Source: an uncultured bacterium (GTDB lineage: Bacteria; Babelota; Babeliae; Babelales; JABCYS01). Taken from it: 64,000 nucleotides of DNA. Shown piece by piece: positions 18,867 through 29,794 of this stretch (positions within the stretch are counted from its first letter, which is position 1; each line of letters starts with the position of its first letter). The DNA lies in assembly GCA_963705705.1 (NCBI GenBank), contig CAVPKK010000007.1, positions 192,001 to 256,000 on the forward strand. The letters are read 5' to 3'. The position numbers were made by a program, and so were the translations under genes. The notes beneath the pieces were generated by a model that ran no database searches, was not told the origin of the DNA, and saw only the letters and a list, made by a program, of their open reading frames with translations.

Positions 18867-20333
18867 TTAATCAACTTCGTCAAAAGACATAGGACGGGCT
18901 GGTATAGCAAGTTTATTTGATGACCATGATGGAATCATAAGTTCACTTGCAGGGGTACCGATCGGCGAATCTGTAAGCGAATCAGGAGAGGTTCCGCTAC
19001 TTTGCGATGGCACGTCCGCTAAGTCATCAGAATTTGTCGTTACATCAGATGAAGTGGATTCTCGGCTTATAGTATTCATTGGCACTAGCTTTGGTATATC
19101 AATCATGATTCGAATGCCAAATGTTTCTGGTGTTGGGGAAGAGGCAGGGCTAGGCGAAGGCAATGGTCTTGGTGTACCAGCCATCAAATGCCTACTTGCC
19201 TCAGCTAAATAGATAACTTGACGTTGGATTAACTCATCCCTCACCTGTTCGATCTCGGCTTTCCGCTGCTTGTCGACAACTAATTTCATTTTTGCCTTAA
19301 ACTCATTTTTTAATGTATCAAGCGAAACAATGCTCCGACGAAAAAAATCATTGAAGTAATCATGGACTTCAGCTGCCGTTTCGAAATTATGGGATTCACG
19401 CAAAACTCGCATTTGTGACTTAAATACTTTTATTAATGTATCTTCATATGCAAAGTATTTTTTAAACTTTTCCAATAGGTCTCGGCCGCTAATGCTACCA
19501 ACAGGATCGTTTGAACTTAATGGCTGTAAGATGTCAGGTTCGACAGTAGGCACACTGGTGTCATGCGTGCGCGTTTCAAAATATATTTCGTACGCTTTTT
19601 CCAAGTATCGCGCTTTTTCAAACGACATCTCGAAAGACTCTGTATGGCCGGTTGTCCATTGTCTGACTAATTCGGCATTAGTTAGTATTGCCTCCTTGGC
19701 AACCCGATGTTCTGTTTTCGGCCAAAGGCAACTGCCCAATGCAAAAGCAATGGCATATGGGCGAAATCTATGAGCATCTGCGACTACATTATTCTGCAAT
19801 GACCGAACAAGCGATTGCCTGCTCTGATTATCATGTAATGACTCACGAGTAAGCTCGACCGGTTCTTCATCATCCGAACGTGGTTCAAGCGTGGGAGAAG
19901 GTGTCGATCCACGAAGAGCCATTAACATCGTTCTTGCATTGTATTGCGCCCCGGTAAAAATTTCCCCATCTACTTCGTTAAAAAAGCGTTTGTCAGATGG
20001 CACATCTTGAAAATACAATTTCCCGCTAACTGTAAGCTCGGCAAAGGGGTTGGCGCTAGCCTTACAAATAGTTGCCAGCTCATCCAATACATCTTCGTTA
20101 TCCATTTTAGAGCTGATCCAAGCGATCAAAGCTCTACCTGTCGGCATTGGCTGCGGCATCGGAAGTTGATGATTTAATTGAGTGCCATTTGCGTGGTTAA
20201 TTTGCTCCTCTATAGGCGCAAATTTTCGCTTTTTATATTCCAGGGATGGCGATGGAGACGGGGATGAAGAAGATGACAGAATTGTTGTGCACGCAGTCAG
20301 CAATGCGCTGAGAATTAAAATTTTGCTCGTCAT
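18867..20333 (-). CDS. Secreted hypothetical protein, distant member of the 1-6726 family
   Basis: Signal peptide plus SSSSSPSPSPS; MPTG..W..NP..L...YFQDVP..RFFN motif. Confidence 0.75.
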   Translation of the reverse strand: MTSKILILSALLTACTTILSSSSSPSPSPSLEYKKRKFAPIEEQINHANGTQLNHQLPMPQPMPTGRALIAWISSKMDNEDVLDELATICKASANPFAELTVSGKLYFQDVPSDKRFFNEVDGEIFTGAQYNARTMLMALRGSTPSPTLEPRSDDEEPVELTRESLHDNQSRQSLVRSLQNNVVADAHRFRPYAIAFALGSCLWPKTEHRVAKEAILTNAELVRQWTTGHTESFEMSFEKARYLEKAYEIYFETRTHDTSVPTVEPDILQPLSSNDPVGSISGRDLLEKFKKYFAYEDTLIKVFKSQMRVLRESHNFETAAEVHDYFNDFFRRSIVSLDTLKNEFKAKMKLVVDKQRKAEIEQVRDELIQRQVIYLAEASRHLMAGTPRPLPSPSPASSPTPETFGIRIMIDIPKLVPMNTISRESTSSDVTTNSDDLADVPSQSSGTSPDSLTDSPIGTPASELMIPSWSSNKLAIPARPMSFDEVD

Positions 20334-20577
20334 GATGTATTCCAAAATGTTGGTCCGGACCCCACTCGCGGCGGGAGATACATGATACCATCCTCTTTAG
20401 TTATTGCCATATTTTTGACCTAGGAGGATCTTATACCTCCAATCTAGCTTTCTGAGGCTGCTATAGCGCGAAAAGGCTTGATTTGGCATAATCCAGGATT
20501 ATAGGCAAAAGGCGTACCCTTTTGACCTAAGAATTAGGCCATATATGCTAGCTAATATCATTCAAATGGAGACCCCA

Positions 20578-22038
20578 ATGACTATTTTAAGATACCTATC
20601 AATCATTACGTTAATCATCCCATTCATTGCTTTTGCGGCAGAAAAAAGCCCGAGCCCTAGTAGTTCATTCGTGCCGGCAGCCCAGTCCTCAAATCCAAAT
20701 CCAAATTGGAATGCCCAGCAGGCTGAAACCAAGCTGGATGATGAGCGAAAAGATCGTGATGATGAATCACCTTCAAGCGTTCCACAGCCAAGAAAGTTCA
20801 TTCCGAAGCATGAAGTTTTATCTTACTCAAATGCCGAACTTCACATCAAAAGCTTTGATAAGTTAATGAAGACGGCAGCCAGAGGTGATAACGGAAAGAT
20901 CCGAAAATTATTAGAAGAAGAAGAGACTGCCAGCTTTCATGTTTTGAATCTAAAACCCTATACCTCCAATTTTGATGTCCCCATCAATGCCCGCGAATTT
21001 CTCCTTCGATTAAACAAAGATTATAACTGGCCCGCGCATGATCATATTGCAGAAAACAACCGCAGCATGCCTTTGAGCATGGTACTGAGTGATCCAAAAT
21101 ATAGTGATGCTTTCCTGAAGCATCTAGGTCCACTTGCATTGGCAGCAATGGGTGGGCATATAGCTGCGGTCCACACATTACTAGCACATTTGCTCAATGG
21201 GGAACAAACGGAACTTGCCTACAGCAACCGATATGAGTTTATTCAACATGCGTTGGAAAAAGTAATTCGCTGTAGCAATATGTTGTCTTGTAATGGCATG
21301 CGATCAATCTTTCAAAGCCTTGAAATCCTTACCCCGCCAACGCAAGCGCAGTACTTCTATATCGTCCGCACGTTGTTGGCGCGCTTCAATAGAATTAAAC
21401 ATACTGTTGACGCAAATTATCTGAAAAAAGAAAGAGCAGACGTAGCTTTTTTACCATCCCATGAGATAGCCAAAGATTCCGTAATGCTGGCCATGCGCTA
21501 TGGCTCTCCCGACATGCTAACTATTATTGCGCAAGCATTTTCCGGTGCCGTTGCCATGCCAATGTATTGGCATCGTCCAGGTCTTGACGGTATATGCAGA
21601 TTCCATGTTCAAGAATTTACGAATGGCGAGAAGCTGGCAATATTGCTATCGGTTAATGCTGATCCGAGCTCGATAGTTTTTCAGCTAAGCAGAGGCTTGC
21701 TCAACAACATTTCGCATCACCCAAAATTGCTTGAGAGATTAAAAAAATATGCACAAGAATTAGATGCCTATGATTATCTTGGGCAACAGACATTACCTGA
21801 CCTTGCAAAAATTGTGGCTGGTTATGCCGAGCATTGTCGCCATCGAATGCCACCCGCAATTGTGCAACAAATTTTGGCAACGCACCCTGCAGATAATATT
21901 GAAACAGATCTTAATAAGTTATATCTGCAAGTAATGCGCGGACAGCCAGCACCACAGACTGAGTCACCAGAAGAGGGCTTATTGCAACATTTGCAACAAG
22001 CGGAACGGCAAGCTTCAAGCGATAACGGATCAATTTGA
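20578..22038 (+). CDS. Secreted ankyrin-repeat-like protein
   Basis: Signal peptide; GPLALAAMGGHIAAVHTLL and LMKTAARGDNGKIRKLL ankyrin-like units. Confidence 0.7.
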   Translation: MTILRYLSIITLIIPFIAFAAEKSPSPSSSFVPAAQSSNPNPNWNAQQAETKLDDERKDRDDESPSSVPQPRKFIPKHEVLSYSNAELHIKSFDKLMKTAARGDNGKIRKLLEEEETASFHVLNLKPYTSNFDVPINAREFLLRLNKDYNWPAHDHIAENNRSMPLSMVLSDPKYSDAFLKHLGPLALAAMGGHIAAVHTLLAHLLNGEQTELAYSNRYEFIQHALEKVIRCSNMLSCNGMRSIFQSLEILTPPTQAQYFYIVRTLLARFNRIKHTVDANYLKKERADVAFLPSHEIAKDSVMLAMRYGSPDMLTIIAQAFSGAVAMPMYWHRPGLDGICRFHVQEFTNGEKLAILLSVNADPSSIVFQLSRGLLNNISHHPKLLERLKKYAQELDAYDYLGQQTLPDLAKIVAGYAEHCRHRMPPAIVQQILATHPADNIETDLNKLYLQVMRGQPAPQTESPEEGLLQHLQQAERQASSDNGSI

Positions 22039-22101
22039 GCATCGCGATTTCTGTAAATTTAAGGTATAATAGGAACTCCTAAAAACTTGTAACGGAGACC
22101 T

Positions 22102-24675
22102 ATGGAAATCCCACCAAATCAATCCAAATTACCTGTTCCTGGAATCAAGCCGATCCTTATTGAAGACGAACTCAAATCATCCTTCTTAGACTATGCCATG
22201 TCGGTGGTGGTCAGTCGGGCGCTCCCTGATGTCCGCGATGGGCTCAAGCCAGTACATCGGCGTATTCTGTATGCCATGCATACACAGGGATACCATTACA
22301 ACCGGCCGTACCATAAGTCTGTTCGCGTGGTGGGTGAAGTGCTTGGTAAGTACCATCCGCATGGTGACCAAGCAGTTTATAATACCATGGTGGGCATGGT
22401 ACAGGATTTCTCAAAACGTTATCCACTCTTGGATGGTCAAGGTAACTGGGGTTCGGTTGACGGGGACAACGCAGCGGCTATGCGTTATACCGAAGTCAGG
22501 ATGAAGAAAATTTCTGATGAACTACTGGCCGATCTAGATAAAGAAACCGTTCCATTTGTTCCAAACTTTGATGAATCAACCGTTGAACCGGTTATTCTTC
22601 CAAGCAAGCTCCCCCACCTATTAATGAATGGTGCCTCAGGTATCGCCGTTGGTATGGCTACAACCATACCGCCTCACAATCTGACTGAAGTTATTGATGG
22701 CTGCTTGGCCATGATTCGTAATCGCGACATGACTGATGAACAATTATTCAGCATCATCCAAGCGCCTGATTTCCCAACCGGCGGTATTATTTGCGGTCGT
22801 GCCGGCATCATTAAGGCTTATCTAACTGGGCGCGGCAGTTTTACCGTGCGCGGGATAGTTGAAATTGAAGAAACGAAAAAAGGAACTGCCATTGTGGTTG
22901 CAGAACTGCCCTACCAAGTTAATAAGGCAGAGCTGACGATCAAGATTGCTGAGCTGGTCAAAGAAAAAGTTATTGAAGGCATCACCAACATTCGTGATGA
23001 ATCTAATAAAAAAGGGATTCGCCTCGTCATCGATGTAAAAAAGAGCGAAGATCCGCAACTCATTTTAAATCAGCTGTATAAATACACTGACCTTGAAACC
23101 AATATTCATATGCTCATGTTGTCGTTGTTGGACAACAGGCCAATGATTTTCACCTTGCGTGAAATGCTCCAAGAATTTTTGGCGCACCGCGAAGAAGTGA
23201 TATATAAGCGGTCGGTATATGATCTTAAACGAGCGCAGTCGCGAGAGCATATTCTCCAAGGTTTACTCATTGCACTTGGCTCTATTGATGATGTAGTGCA
23301 GCTCATTAAGAAATCGCAAACGGCACAAGAAGCAATCGAAAAGTTGCATGCTAAGTTTACGCTCTCTGAAGAACAGGCTAAGGCAATTTTGGAAATGCGC
23401 TTACAACGTTTGACTGGTCTTGAGCAGGAAAAAATTAATAATGAAATCTCTGAGCTCATAGCAAGCATCGCTGATTTGAATACGATCATTCAGGATCGCC
23501 CAAGATTGCATCAAGAGATTATTAAGGAATTAGAGAAGACCAAAGAAGAGTTTGGCGATAAGCGCAAAACACAAATTGGTGGCGAGGCTGGCATTCTTTC
23601 GGCAGCTGATCTCATTCCGGATGAGGAAGTGGTTGTCACATTGACTCGCAAAGGCTACATCAAACGTGTACCGGTTACGGTTTACCAACTACAACACCGT
23701 GGCGGCAAGGGCAAGATGGGTATCTCCGATCTCGAAGAAGTTGATGACCTTATTGAGAATGTATTCGTTGCCCGCAACCATGATGAGTTACTATTCTTCA
23801 CCTCACTTGGGCGGGTGTATAGCATGAATGTATACGAAGTGCCTGAAGCATCTCGTACCGCTCGCGGCCGTGCTATTGTAAATCTTCTTACGCTAGGCCA
23901 AGGAGAGAAAGTCGTAAAATTACTCTGCCTGCGCGGGATGGAAAATAAATTTATTGTGATGGTGACTAAAAACGGCACCATTAAACGCGTTGATGCTATG
24001 CGATTTGCCAATATTCGTACTTCGGGTATTCGGGCAATTACATTGGATCAAGGAGACGACTTAGCATATTGCGCTGTCAGCAACGGCAATGATGACGTGA
24101 TGATTGCGACAGCCAAGGGGCAGGGCATTCATTTCAAAGAAGCTGAAGTTCGGGTCATGGGTCGCGAAGCTGCTGGCGTTATTGGTATACGCTGCAGAAA
24201 AGGCGATCATGTAATCGGTATGGAAATTGTTTCTGCGCCAACTGACATTCTGTTTGCAACAGCCAATGGTTACGGCAAACGGGTCAGCAGTACCAATTTC
24301 CGCCAAACACACCGCAGCGGTGTTGGTGTGCGAACTATTCCAACAACTAAGCGTAATGGTGATGTTATTGGCTTGGTTAAAGTATCCGACAGTTCTAATG
24401 TGTTGTTAATCGATTCGCTTGGTAAAATCATTCGTCTACCGTCCCAAGAAATTCGTACAATGGGCCGAGGAGCTAGTGGTGTTCGTCTCATTAAGTTAGA
24501 TGATGGTCAGCACTTGGTTGGCATGGTGGCGTTTGAGGAAAATCACAATAATGGTGGGTTGCCAGAGGAAGATACTGGCGGTTCAGATATTGTTGGTGCG
24601 CCTGAGCAAAAAGTTGATGGACCTATTGATCAACAGCAAAGCACCCTATTCATGTTTGGTGATTTGCCAGAATAG
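22102..24675 (+). CDS. gyrA: DNA gyrase subunit A
   Basis: [28 protein letters not shown], GyrA box QHRGGKG. Confidence 0.98.
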   Translation: MEIPPNQSKLPVPGIKPILIEDELKSSFLDYAMSVVVSRALPDVRDGLKPVHRRILYAMHTQGYHYNRPYHKSVRVVGEVLGKYHPHGDQAVYNTMVGMVQDFSKRYPLLDGQGNWGSVDGDNAAAMRYTEVRMKKISDELLADLDKETVPFVPNFDESTVEPVILPSKLPHLLMNGASGIAVGMATTIPPHNLTEVIDGCLAMIRNRDMTDEQLFSIIQAPDFPTGGIICGRAGIIKAYLTGRGSFTVRGIVEIEETKKGTAIVVAELPYQVNKAELTIKIAELVKEKVIEGITNIRDESNKKGIRLVIDVKKSEDPQLILNQLYKYTDLETNIHMLMLSLLDNRPMIFTLREMLQEFLAHREEVIYKRSVYDLKRAQSREHILQGLLIALGSIDDVVQLIKKSQTAQEAIEKLHAKFTLSEEQAKAILEMRLQRLTGLEQEKINNEISELIASIADLNTIIQDRPRLHQEIIKELEKTKEEFGDKRKTQIGGEAGILSAADLIPDEEVVVTLTRKGYIKRVPVTVYQLQHRGGKGKMGISDLEEVDDLIENVFVARNHDELLFFTSLGRVYSMNVYEVPEASRTARGRAIVNLLTLGQGEKVVKLLCLRGMENKFIVMVTKNGTIKRVDAMRFANIRTSGIRAITLDQGDDLAYCAVSNGNDDVMIATAKGQGIHFKEAEVRVMGREAAGVIGIRCRKGDHVIGMEIVSAPTDILFATANGYGKRVSSTNFRQTHRSGVGVRTIPTTKRNGDVIGLVKVSDSSNVLLIDSLGKIIRLPSQEIRTMGRGASGVRLIKLDDGQHLVGMVAFEENHNNGGLPEEDTGGSDIVGAPEQKVDGPIDQQQSTLFMFGDLPE

Positions 24676-24904
24676 TAGGTACGCTCCAAAAAAACCAAAG
24701 GGCTTGAGCTAAAATTCCTTGCTTCCTAGGAGCAGAGCTCCAACGTTCGCTACGGAATTACCTCTTCGCCCTGCGATACCCTTTAAGATCTGATACACAC
24801 AATGAGATAAAAATACAAAGCACTCGCCGCCATTGGAACTTGCTACTAGGCGGCGATGCTTTGATATTTTTTTCGAATAAAAGCCTGAAAAAAATTAAGT
24901 ATCC

Positions 24905-26005
24905 ATGGAACGTGATTTATTACTCAAACTAAATTTGATACCTGGCGTTGGCCCCGTCTCCATCCAAAAATTATTATCGCTTTCGCCCGGCGAGATGGAT
25001 GTGCGTAATATTGTTAGACAAGCCCAAATTCCACCAGCCATCGCTGAAAAAATTATCGCAGGCCTAGCCGATCAAAGCTTATTGGAAAAAGAACTATCAC
25101 TATTGGAAAAATCCAAATCCAAGGTCGTTACCATCCTAGATCCAAACTACCCAGAATTGCTTAAAAATATTTATGCTCCGCCGCCAGTTCTTTATTACCA
25201 AGGAGCAGACTTATCAAACCAACCTAATTGCGCCATAGTCGGTTCACGGGCGGCCAATGCCTACGGCAAAAGAGTGCTCCATAAATTTATACCTACCCTT
25301 GTCGAACACGGATGCACAATAGTCAGTGGTGGCGCACGAGGCATCGATGCCTATGCCCACTTTGAAACGATCCAGGCAAAAGGAAAAACGGTGGTCGTTT
25401 TAGGATCGGGACTCTTGAATCTATACCCACCTGAGCATTACAAACTGTTTGCCAATATTGTGGCAGCCGGCGGCACCATACTATCGCCCTTCCCACTGGC
25501 AACAGAACCGGCTCAAGGTAACTTTCCGGCGCGGAATCGGATCATCGCCGGCTTAAGCAAAGCATGCGTGGTCATTCAAGCAGCAGCTCGCAGCGGTGCT
25601 TTGATAACCGCGAAATTCGCCCTCGAACAAGGTCGAGAAGTATTGGCAGTTCCCGGACCAATAGATGATCCACTCAGCGAAGGTTGCCACAAACTCATAC
25701 AAGAGGGTGCAGGCCTGGTTCATTCGGTCGAAGATATTTTGCTAGCATTGGGATTGAAGGGGAAAGAAATAAGCTTGGAAACAGCCGCCCTTCCTACTGA
25801 TCAACCCATGGCTGAAGTTAAGGATATGCCCCTTGATAGAAGGATTCAGATGCTCTGCAGCAAGCAGGCGCAATCACTAGATGACCTGGCAGACGGTCTG
25901 GGTATAGACCCATCTGATCTGCATGATCCCCTTTTCCAACTGCAAATAGCCGGCAAATTGGTCCAAAACATGGCTGGCTTGTATGAGGCCCCGCAGCCAT
26001 TTTAG
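24905..26005 (+). CDS. dprA: DNA-processing protein DprA
   Basis: AIVGSR, IVSGGARGID, FPARNRIIAG, SGALITA. Confidence 0.96.
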   Translation: MERDLLLKLNLIPGVGPVSIQKLLSLSPGEMDVRNIVRQAQIPPAIAEKIIAGLADQSLLEKELSLLEKSKSKVVTILDPNYPELLKNIYAPPPVLYYQGADLSNQPNCAIVGSRAANAYGKRVLHKFIPTLVEHGCTIVSGGARGIDAYAHFETIQAKGKTVVVLGSGLLNLYPPEHYKLFANIVAAGGTILSPFPLATEPAQGNFPARNRIIAGLSKACVVIQAAARSGALITAKFALEQGREVLAVPGPIDDPLSEGCHKLIQEGAGLVHSVEDILLALGLKGKEISLETAALPTDQPMAEVKDMPLDRRIQMLCSKQAQSLDDLADGLGIDPSDLHDPLFQLQIAGKLVQNMAGLYEAPQPF

Positions 26006-26044
26006 GCTCATTATTCCGGCAGATGATTTGCCTGTGATATTACT

Positions 26045-26103
26045 CCGCTCGCCCCGAGTGGTTTACTCCTGAGTAGCCTTAGGCGTATCGAAGGGTCGAG
26101 GGG
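26045..26103 (+). repeat. Nested palindromic element
   Basis: ccgctcgccccgag..[ctcctgagtagccttaggcgtatcgaaggg]..tcgagggg. Confidence 0.7.
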
Positions 26104-26174
26104 TTGCTGAATAACCTGTTTTTTGCCATACTTTGCCTCCCATTTATTACAAAGAATTATTGGAGTTCCCTACC

Positions 26175-26450
26175 ATGCCAGTACCTAAACGTAAACGCTC
26201 CCGTGCCCGCCGAGATTCCCGCTTTGCAAATAAAGGCATTAAAGTAAAAGCAATTGCTTCTTGCCCACAATGCAAACAAGCTGTTATGCCGCATCAAGTT
26301 TGTATGAACTGCGGGCATTACAAAGGTCGCAAGGTCATGGTTACCAAAGCTGAACGCAGTGCAAAACGCGTTGAAACGAAAACTGCCCGTGAAGCAGCAG
26401 TCGCAAAACGCATGGGCGGTCAAGAGCCGAGCACACCACCAGCTGCATAA
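26175..26450 (+). CDS. rpmF: 50S ribosomal protein L32
   Basis: MPVPKRKRSRARRD, CPQC..PHQVCMNCGHYKG. Confidence 0.96.
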   Translation: MPVPKRKRSRARRDSRFANKGIKVKAIASCPQCKQAVMPHQVCMNCGHYKGRKVMVTKAERSAKRVETKTAREAAVAKRMGGQEPSTPPAA

Positions 26451-26475
26451 ATTTTAAAACATTTTGAAACTCAGA

Positions 26476-26509
26476 CCCTCAATACCTCATCAGTGTTGAG
26501 GGTTTTTTT
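26476..26509 (+). terminator. Intrinsic terminator after rpmF
   Basis: accctcaa...ttgagggt followed by a T-run. Confidence 0.75.
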
Positions 26510-26560
26510 GTTTGTGGTAACGTTGCTGCGCGCTTAAAATTTAAAAAAATAGGAAAAAAT

Positions 26561-27238
26561 ATGGAACACGCATCCGGACACATCTGGGATAACATTCTTT
26601 CATTTCGTCATTATCGTGAAGTTGGTATTGCTGTAGTGGCAGCAGGAATTTTAGTTGCTGGCTATTACGCATATGATGGATACGCAAATAATCGCGAAGC
26701 TCAAGCAAATCAAGTTTTTGCAGAAAGCTATGATCTTTTCCAAGCAGCCATAAATGCTGATGAAAAGGATGTCACCAAAAAACAGATGCTGTTAGAAGAA
26801 GCAGAAACAGCATTTAAAACTGGCTACACGAAGTTCTCGAATACCCGCCTTGCACCATACTTTCTTGGTCTTGAAGCAGAGGTAGCACTTAAGCGAGAAA
26901 ATCCTAAGTCCGCAATTGAGTTAATGAATAGAATGCTTGCCCTCATGAGCAAGAGTTCGCCATTATATGGCTTGTATGCAACTAAACTTGCACTCATAAA
27001 AATGGACCAGCCTGATATGGCGCAGGATGGTCTGCGAGAACTTGCAGCCTTGGCCCATGATGCACGCAATGATGCGCAAGATTTTGCATTGTATGTACTC
27101 GGCGAATATTATTGGGAACAAGGTGATACTGCTAAAGCAACAGAAACATGGCGCGAATTGCGCGATCTTGGCCAACGCGGCTCTCGCCCAATTGCATCTC
27201 CGTGGCTATCCTTGGTTCAACAACGATTAACGGCGTAG
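26561..27238 (+). CDS. YfgM-like membrane-anchored TPR protein
   Basis: N-terminal TM, TPR-like helices (ALYVLGEYYWEQGDTAKATETW). Confidence 0.7.
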   Translation: MEHASGHIWDNILSFRHYREVGIAVVAAGILVAGYYAYDGYANNREAQANQVFAESYDLFQAAINADEKDVTKKQMLLEEAETAFKTGYTKFSNTRLAPYFLGLEAEVALKRENPKSAIELMNRMLALMSKSSPLYGLYATKLALIKMDQPDMAQDGLRELAALAHDARNDAQDFALYVLGEYYWEQGDTAKATETWRELRDLGQRGSRPIASPWLSLVQQRLTA

Positions 27239-27257
27239 TTAGTTCGAAATTATCAGA

Positions 27258-27295
27258 TTCGCGCTATATCCTTCGATCAACTCAGGATGAGCGCA
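27258..27295 (+). repeat. Minimal palindromic element
   Basis: gcgctatatccttcgatcaactcaggatgagcgc. Confidence 0.8.
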
Positions 27296-27317
27296 GTCTT
27301 ATTTGCATCAAAAGATT

Positions 27318-28727
27318 ATGAATCATAAAAGTCCAAGAGTCCGTTTTGCACCTTCACCGACTGGACATCTCCACGTCGGCGGCGCCCGAGCAGCAATTTT
27401 TAATTGGTTATTCGCGCGCCATCATGGCGGCAAATTCCTATTGCGCATCGAAGATACTGATCGCGAACGATCAAAACCAGAATATCTGCATAGTATTTTG
27501 GCTGCGCTAGAATGGTTGGGTTTGGCGAGTGATGAACCGCCAACAATCCAAAGCGAACGACTTGCTGAACATCAACGATTGATTGAAAAATTGCTTTCTG
27601 AAGGCAAAGCTTATCGTTGTTATTGTTCTGCCAAGGAATTAACAGACGAAGCATCGGTTAATAAGTATCCGGGAACCTGTCGTAATTCCGCTCGTCCTGA
27701 GCCCGTCGAAGGATGCGAGCGGAGCGCCATTCGATTCAAATTACCCTTCACCTCCGGGCCCATCACATGGGATGATTTGGTACACGGGCCAATAACGGTC
27801 GATGCAGATCAATTGGATGACTTCATTATCGCCCGGTCTGATGGCACACCGATGTACAATTTCGTGGTGGTTGCCGATGACGCATTCATGCGTATCACAC
27901 ACGTAATTCGTGGTGAAGAACATATTTCCAATACACCAAAACAGATTTTACTGTATCAAGCTTTCGGCTTTTCAATGTCGCAGTTTGCACATATCCCGTT
28001 GATCTTAGGACCATCGGGCAAGAAATTGAGCAAACGCGATAATGCAGTGGCTGTCATTGATTATCAACGCGATGGCTATTTACCTCAAGCATTATTTAAC
28101 TATTTGGTGCGGCTGGGTTGGTCGCATGGCGATCAAGAATTTTTCACGCAACAAGAGTTAATAAATTTATTTACGCTCGAAGATGTACATAAAAAAGGTG
28201 CTATCTTTGATTTGGTAAAATTGGGCTGGGTTAATAGTCAATATATGCATGCGGCCGTCAATGCGACGCTCTACGCTGAGCTAATAAAATATGTAGATCC
28301 TAGCCTGCTACAAAAAATAAAATTTGGTGAACCCCAGATATTGGAACTGATCGGTTTATATAAAAAACGTTGCACTACGCTTAAAGAAGTTCATGCAGAA
28401 ATAATTAATCTCAATGAACCAACGATAGCAAACCCGGCTGAGGTTACGCCATGGCAAAATCCCGAAACCGTTGGCTTACTTGAACAGTTTGTTTCTCGCA
28501 TTGAAACAGCACCTGGGGAATGGGATGTCGCCCGTCTAACTGCAATGGGCAAAGAACTTGTCGCTTCTTCAAACACCAAATTTCCTAATCTGGCACAGCC
28601 AATTCGCATCGCATTAACTGGTAAAACTGCCGCTCCTGGTGTATTTGAGTTATTTGCCGCCATTGGAAAAGATGAAAGCCTGCGACGCATTAAAAAGTTA
28701 ATTGAGCATCTCATTCGTTCAATTTAA
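27318..28727 (+). CDS. gltX: Glutamate--tRNA ligase
   Basis: RFAPSPTGHLHVGG, LRIEDTD, KLSKR. Confidence 0.97.
   Translation: MNHKSPRVRFAPSPTGHLHVGGARAAIFNWLFARHHGGKFLLRIEDTDRERSKPEYLHSILAALEWLGLASDEPPTIQSERLAEHQRLIEKLLSEGKAYRCYCSAKELTDEASVNKYPGTCRNSARPEPVEGCERSAIRFKLPFTSGPITWDDLVHGPITVDADQLDDFIIARSDGTPMYNFVVVADDAFMRITHVIRGEEHISNTPKQILLYQAFGFSMSQFAHIPLILGPSGKKLSKRDNAVAVIDYQRDGYLPQALFNYLVRLGWSHGDQEFFTQQELINLFTLEDVHKKGAIFDLVKLGWVNSQYMHAAVNATLYAELIKYVDPSLLQKIKFGEPQILELIGLYKKRCTTLKEVHAEIINLNEPTIANPAEVTPWQNPETVGLLEQFVSRIETAPGEWDVARLTAMGKELVASSNTKFPNLAQPIRIALTGKTAAPGVFELFAAIGKDESLRRIKKLIEHLIRSI
27687..27723 (+). repeat. Palindromic element inside gltX
   Basis: tccgctcgtcctgagcccgtcgaaggatgcgagcgga encodes SARPEPVEGCER. 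Confidence 0.85.
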
Positions 28728-28747
28728 AAAGAGCGCCATAGCTCTAA

Positions 28748-29692
28748 TTAAGTTTTTTCAACTTTAAGCATTTCTTGTAACGCCTTCACGTCATTTTCAT
28801 TATTCACGGATACTATTTTTTTCTCCGGATATATTTTACGCAGTTGCGATGAAAGTGCTGAGCCGGGCCCGACTTCGATGATGAGATCGTAGGCTTCTAG
28901 CGCTTTGACGGAGTCAATCCAACGGATAGGCATAGTGATTTGTGCAAATATTTCTTGAGCAGCTTGGTCTTTTGTATTAATTGGATGAGCGTGAGTTGCC
29001 GTTAATAGCGGCGTTGTAAGATCTTTAAAATCCACCTTTTCAGCATAAGTGCGAACCTGAGATTCTACGCCCTGCATTAATGGACTGTGTAAGCCATCAA
29101 TTTGCGGCAATTCGGTAATTTTTTTAGCCCCTGCTGTAGTGAGCTGTTCTTGAATTTGGCTCACGGCATCTTGATGACCACTGATGATATGCTCAAGGGT
29201 TGAAACATATATTGATATAAATGCCTTGTTTTCGGCCGTTGCAAATGGGGCGACTATCTCTTCAATCTTGGCACTATCCAGTCCGGTAACTTTGATTATT
29301 TTGACTGGCAGCTCATTGCGCAGCTCCTGATAAAATCCAACGTATTTTTGGATGAGATAGAGCATATCAGGGAAACTGATGCCACCAGCAGCAAATAAGG
29401 CTGCATATTCGCCAGAATCATGACCGGCCACGATATCAAACGGTTGACTGGTTTGTTCTTTAATAATGGCGTAAATGCTGGTGCTAACCAAAAAGTTGGC
29501 GGCAAGGGCATGTTCTATTTTGCTAATTTCGACGTCGGAGGCTGCAAAGCATAGTTTTACAAAGTTGATATTGAGCACGGTCGATGCCTCTTCGAAATAC
29601 TCTTGCATAATGCGCGAGTTATCGTAGAGGTCTTTGCCCATACCCACAAATTGACTGCCATAGCCAGGAAATAATATAACGATTTTTGTCAT
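28748..29692 (-). CDS. fabD: FabD (malonyl-CoA:ACP transacylase)-like protein with a degenerate active site
   Basis: FPGYGSQFVGMG, GHDSGEY, HSPLM, IEVGPG. Confidence 0.8.
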   Translation of the reverse strand: MTKIVILFPGYGSQFVGMGKDLYDNSRIMQEYFEEASTVLNINFVKLCFAASDVEISKIEHALAANFLVSTSIYAIIKEQTSQPFDIVAGHDSGEYAALFAAGGISFPDMLYLIQKYVGFYQELRNELPVKIIKVTGLDSAKIEEIVAPFATAENKAFISIYVSTLEHIISGHQDAVSQIQEQLTTAGAKKITELPQIDGLHSPLMQGVESQVRTYAEKVDFKDLTTPLLTATHAHPINTKDQAAQEIFAQITMPIRWIDSVKALEAYDLIIEVGPGSALSSQLRKIYPEKKIVSVNNENDVKALQEMLKVEKT

Positions 29693-29794
29693 GACGGCTC
29701 ACCTTCTCCTTTTTCTAGTTTGCATGAACCAGGGTTAATTACGCAAGAGATACTGGTATACTTATCTAAAATTTCTATTGTTCCGGAGAAAATT

